Shown here: positions 43,600 to 45,394 of the stretch, one piece after another | How the letters are laid out: every line of letters begins with the position of its first letter | How positions within the stretch are numbered: the first letter of the stretch is position 1 | Assembly (NCBI GenBank): GCA_964552405.1 | Contig: CAZKID010000003.1 | Span: 1 to 45,394, forward strand | Source of the DNA: an uncultured Thermoanaerobaculia bacterium | Lineage (GTDB): Bacteria; Acidobacteriota; Thermoanaerobaculia; Gp7-AA8 | Direction of reading: 5' to 3' | Length of the DNA stretch: 45,394 nucleotides | Program-made: the position numbers and the translations under genes | The notes under the pieces: model-generated | Databases searched by the model: none | Told to the model about the DNA's origin: nothing | Seen by the model: only the letters and a program-made list of their open reading frames with translations

Positions 43600-45394
43600 C
43601 TAGCTTTCGACGAGCGCGCGCAGTTGGCGCGAGGCCACTGTCAGCATCGCGAGATCGACGCTCGGCGCGGCTTTCACATCGCTCATCGTCTGATCGACGC
43701 GCTCGACGACGCGCGGGCGCTTGAGCAGCCAGCTCTCGACCGGCTCGCCGTTCGTCGACTCGCCGATCACGCGCGATGCGAGCACGCTCTGGTAGTTGAA
43801 CAGATCATCGACGAGCGATGCCACCGCGGCTTTCTGCCATGGCGTTTCGGCTGCGATCGTGCCGCCGGCCTGGCGCAGGCGATCGAAGCCGAAGCGCGCG
43901 CCGACGCCGAAGTAAACCCGCGCCGTCTCTTCCACCGCGCCGCCTCGGCGTGCGATGCGGATGATGTCCATCGCCGACGCCATCGCATCGAGCGATGCGA
44001 TCTTTCGCGCGAGCGCCTCCGGCAACCCGTCCTCCGTCAGCTCCGCCTCGCGCACCTTCATCGGCGTGAGCAGCGCGGGCGGAAGAATGCGCTCGAGATC
44101 CTTCTCGATCGCCTCCACGGCCGGCCGGAACTCGGCCACGCTGGACGTGATGTCGAGCTTTTCGTAGCCACTGCGCAGGAGCCACATGATCGCGCGCTCG
44201 GTGAACGAGCCGGCGGCCATCAGCATCTCGGTCTGTGCCTTCGCAGGGAGCTTGTTGTCGAGTGACTCGATGCCCGACCAGATCGACGGCAGATCGAACG
44301 AATCGCGCACGATCGCAAACGCACGTGCGACATCGGCCGCCGGCTTCCCGGTCTCTTCCGACGACGACTGCGCAAAGGTCGGACGCAGGCGATTCAGCAT
44401 GTTGTTCGTCACCGCCGTCGCGATGATCTCGCGGCGCAGACGATGCCGCTCGATCGCCGCGCGATAGCCCTGCTGCAGCTTCGGCGGGAAGTACTTCACG
44501 AGATCGTTGACCAGCTGCGATTCATCGGGCAGATCCGACGCCAGGAGATCCGAGAAGAGATTGATCTTCGCGTACGCGAGGATGATCGCGATCTCCGGCC
44601 GCGTCAGACCGATGTGCGCCGCATGTCTCTCCGCGATCGTGTCGTCATCCGGCAGATACTCGAGCGCGCGATCCAGCTTGCCCGCGCGCTCCAGCGCACG
44701 CATGAAGCGCGACTGCTCGTCGAGCACCGCTTCGCCGATCGTGCTCGTAATCGTGATGGCCTGCGTCTGCTCGTAGTTGTCGCGCAGCACGAGATGCGCG
44801 ACGTCGTCCGTCATCTCCGCGAGCACCTTGTTCCGCTCGTCGATGTTCGCGACCTCGCCGCGAGCGATCGCGTCGTAGAGCAGGATCTTGATGTTCACCT
44901 CGTGATCGGACGTATCGACGCCGGCCGAGTTGTCGATTGCATCCGTGTTGAGCTTGCCGCCGTTGAGATTGAACTCGATGCGCGCCTTCTGCGTGAACCC
45001 GAGGTTGGCACCCTCACCGACCACGCGCACGCGCAGCTCCGTCGCATCGATGCGGATCGGATCGTTCGCGCGATCGCGCGCCGCCGCATGATCCTCGAAC
45101 GACGCTTTCACGTACGTGCCGATTCCGCCCAGCCAGAGCAGATCGGCGCGCGCCCGCAGGATCGCCTTCATCAGCTCCGCCGGCGTCACCGTTTTCTTCG
45201 GGAGCTCGAAGAGCGCCTGCACTTCATCCGAGACCGTCAGCGACTTCGCGCTGCGCTCGAGGACCGCGCCGCCTTTCGACAGCAGCTCTGCGTTGTAGCC
45301 ATTCCAATTGAGGCGCTGATCGAACATCCGGCGCCGCTCCGCAAAGCTCTTCGCCGGATCGGGATTCGGATCGAGGAAGATGTGGCGATGGTCG
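43600..45394 (-). CDS. gdhB: NAD-specific glutamate dehydrogenase, large (about 1600 aa) GdhB type; C-terminal part only, 5' end beyond the window
   Basis: The frame stays open to the window edge. The upstream translation DHRHIFLDPNPDPAKSFAERRRMFDQ.. and later ..LLWLGGIGTYVKAS.., DAIDNSAGVDTSDHEVNIKIL are hallmark Bac_GDH motifs. Confidence 0.88.
   Translation of the reverse strand, partial: DHRHIFLDPNPDPAKSFAERRRMFDQRLNWNGYNAELLSKGGAVLERSAKSLTVSDEVQALFELPKKTVTPAELMKAILRARADLLWLGGIGTYVKASFEDHAAARDRANDPIRIDATELRVRVVGEGANLGFTQKARIEFNLNGGKLNTDAIDNSAGVDTSDHEVNIKILLYDAIARGEVANIDERNKVLAEMTDDVAHLVLRDNYEQTQAITITSTIGEAVLDEQSRFMRALERAGKLDRALEYLPDDDTIAERHAAHIGLTRPEIAIILAYAKINLFSDLLASDLPDESQLVNDLVKYFPPKLQQGYRAAIERHRLRREIIATAVTNNMLNRLRPTFAQSSSEETGKPAADVARAFAIVRDSFDLPSIWSGIESLDNKLPAKAQTEMLMAAGSFTERAIMWLLRSGYEKLDITSSVAEFRPAVEAIEKDLERILPPALLTPMKVREAELTEDGLPEALARKIASLDAMASAMDIIRIARRGGAVEETARVYFGVGARFGFDRLRQAGGTIAAETPWQKAAVASLVDDLFNYQSVLASRVIGESTNGEPVESWLLKRPRVVERVDQTMSDVKAAPSVDLAMLTVASRQLRALVES

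Overview
High-GC (~62%) chromosomal window, densely coded and mostly housekeeping. The VWFA-related Acidobacterial-type protein and overall gene content point to Acidobacteriota; this is inference. Minus strand: a pilMNOPQ type IV pilus operon plus an extra lipoprotein, relA/spoT, a GAF-PAS hybrid histidine kinase, sdhCAB, a 5'-nucleotidase, ahcY, and the 3' part of a large NAD-glutamate dehydrogenase that runs off the window. Plus strand: rpmB, an ABC-2 exporter with a DesK/DesR-type two-component system, pheA, and small enzyme and regulator genes. I saw no rRNA, tRNA, CRISPR array, transposase or integrase. Gene modules worth follow-up: (1) a membrane-anchored Amidase_3 gene sharing an ATGA stop/start overlap with a MamK-like actin gene; (2) a DinB-family gene sharing a GTGA overlap with a eukaryote-type PRMT-like methyltransferase, divergent from ahcY; (3) a tight three-gene operon of two periplasm-facing SPFH proteins plus an unknown membrane protein; (4) a small anchored protein plus a C39-like/TPR lipoprotein peptidase. 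Intergenic structure: several families of long hairpins built from tandem 7-8 nt units, a 21-copy heptamer microsatellite, a perfect 30-bp inverted repeat, a decayed VapBC module, a possible pheA leader/terminator, and a coding-like frame with no start codon at the left edge. All functional calls rest on motif recognition by eye; no database search was run.
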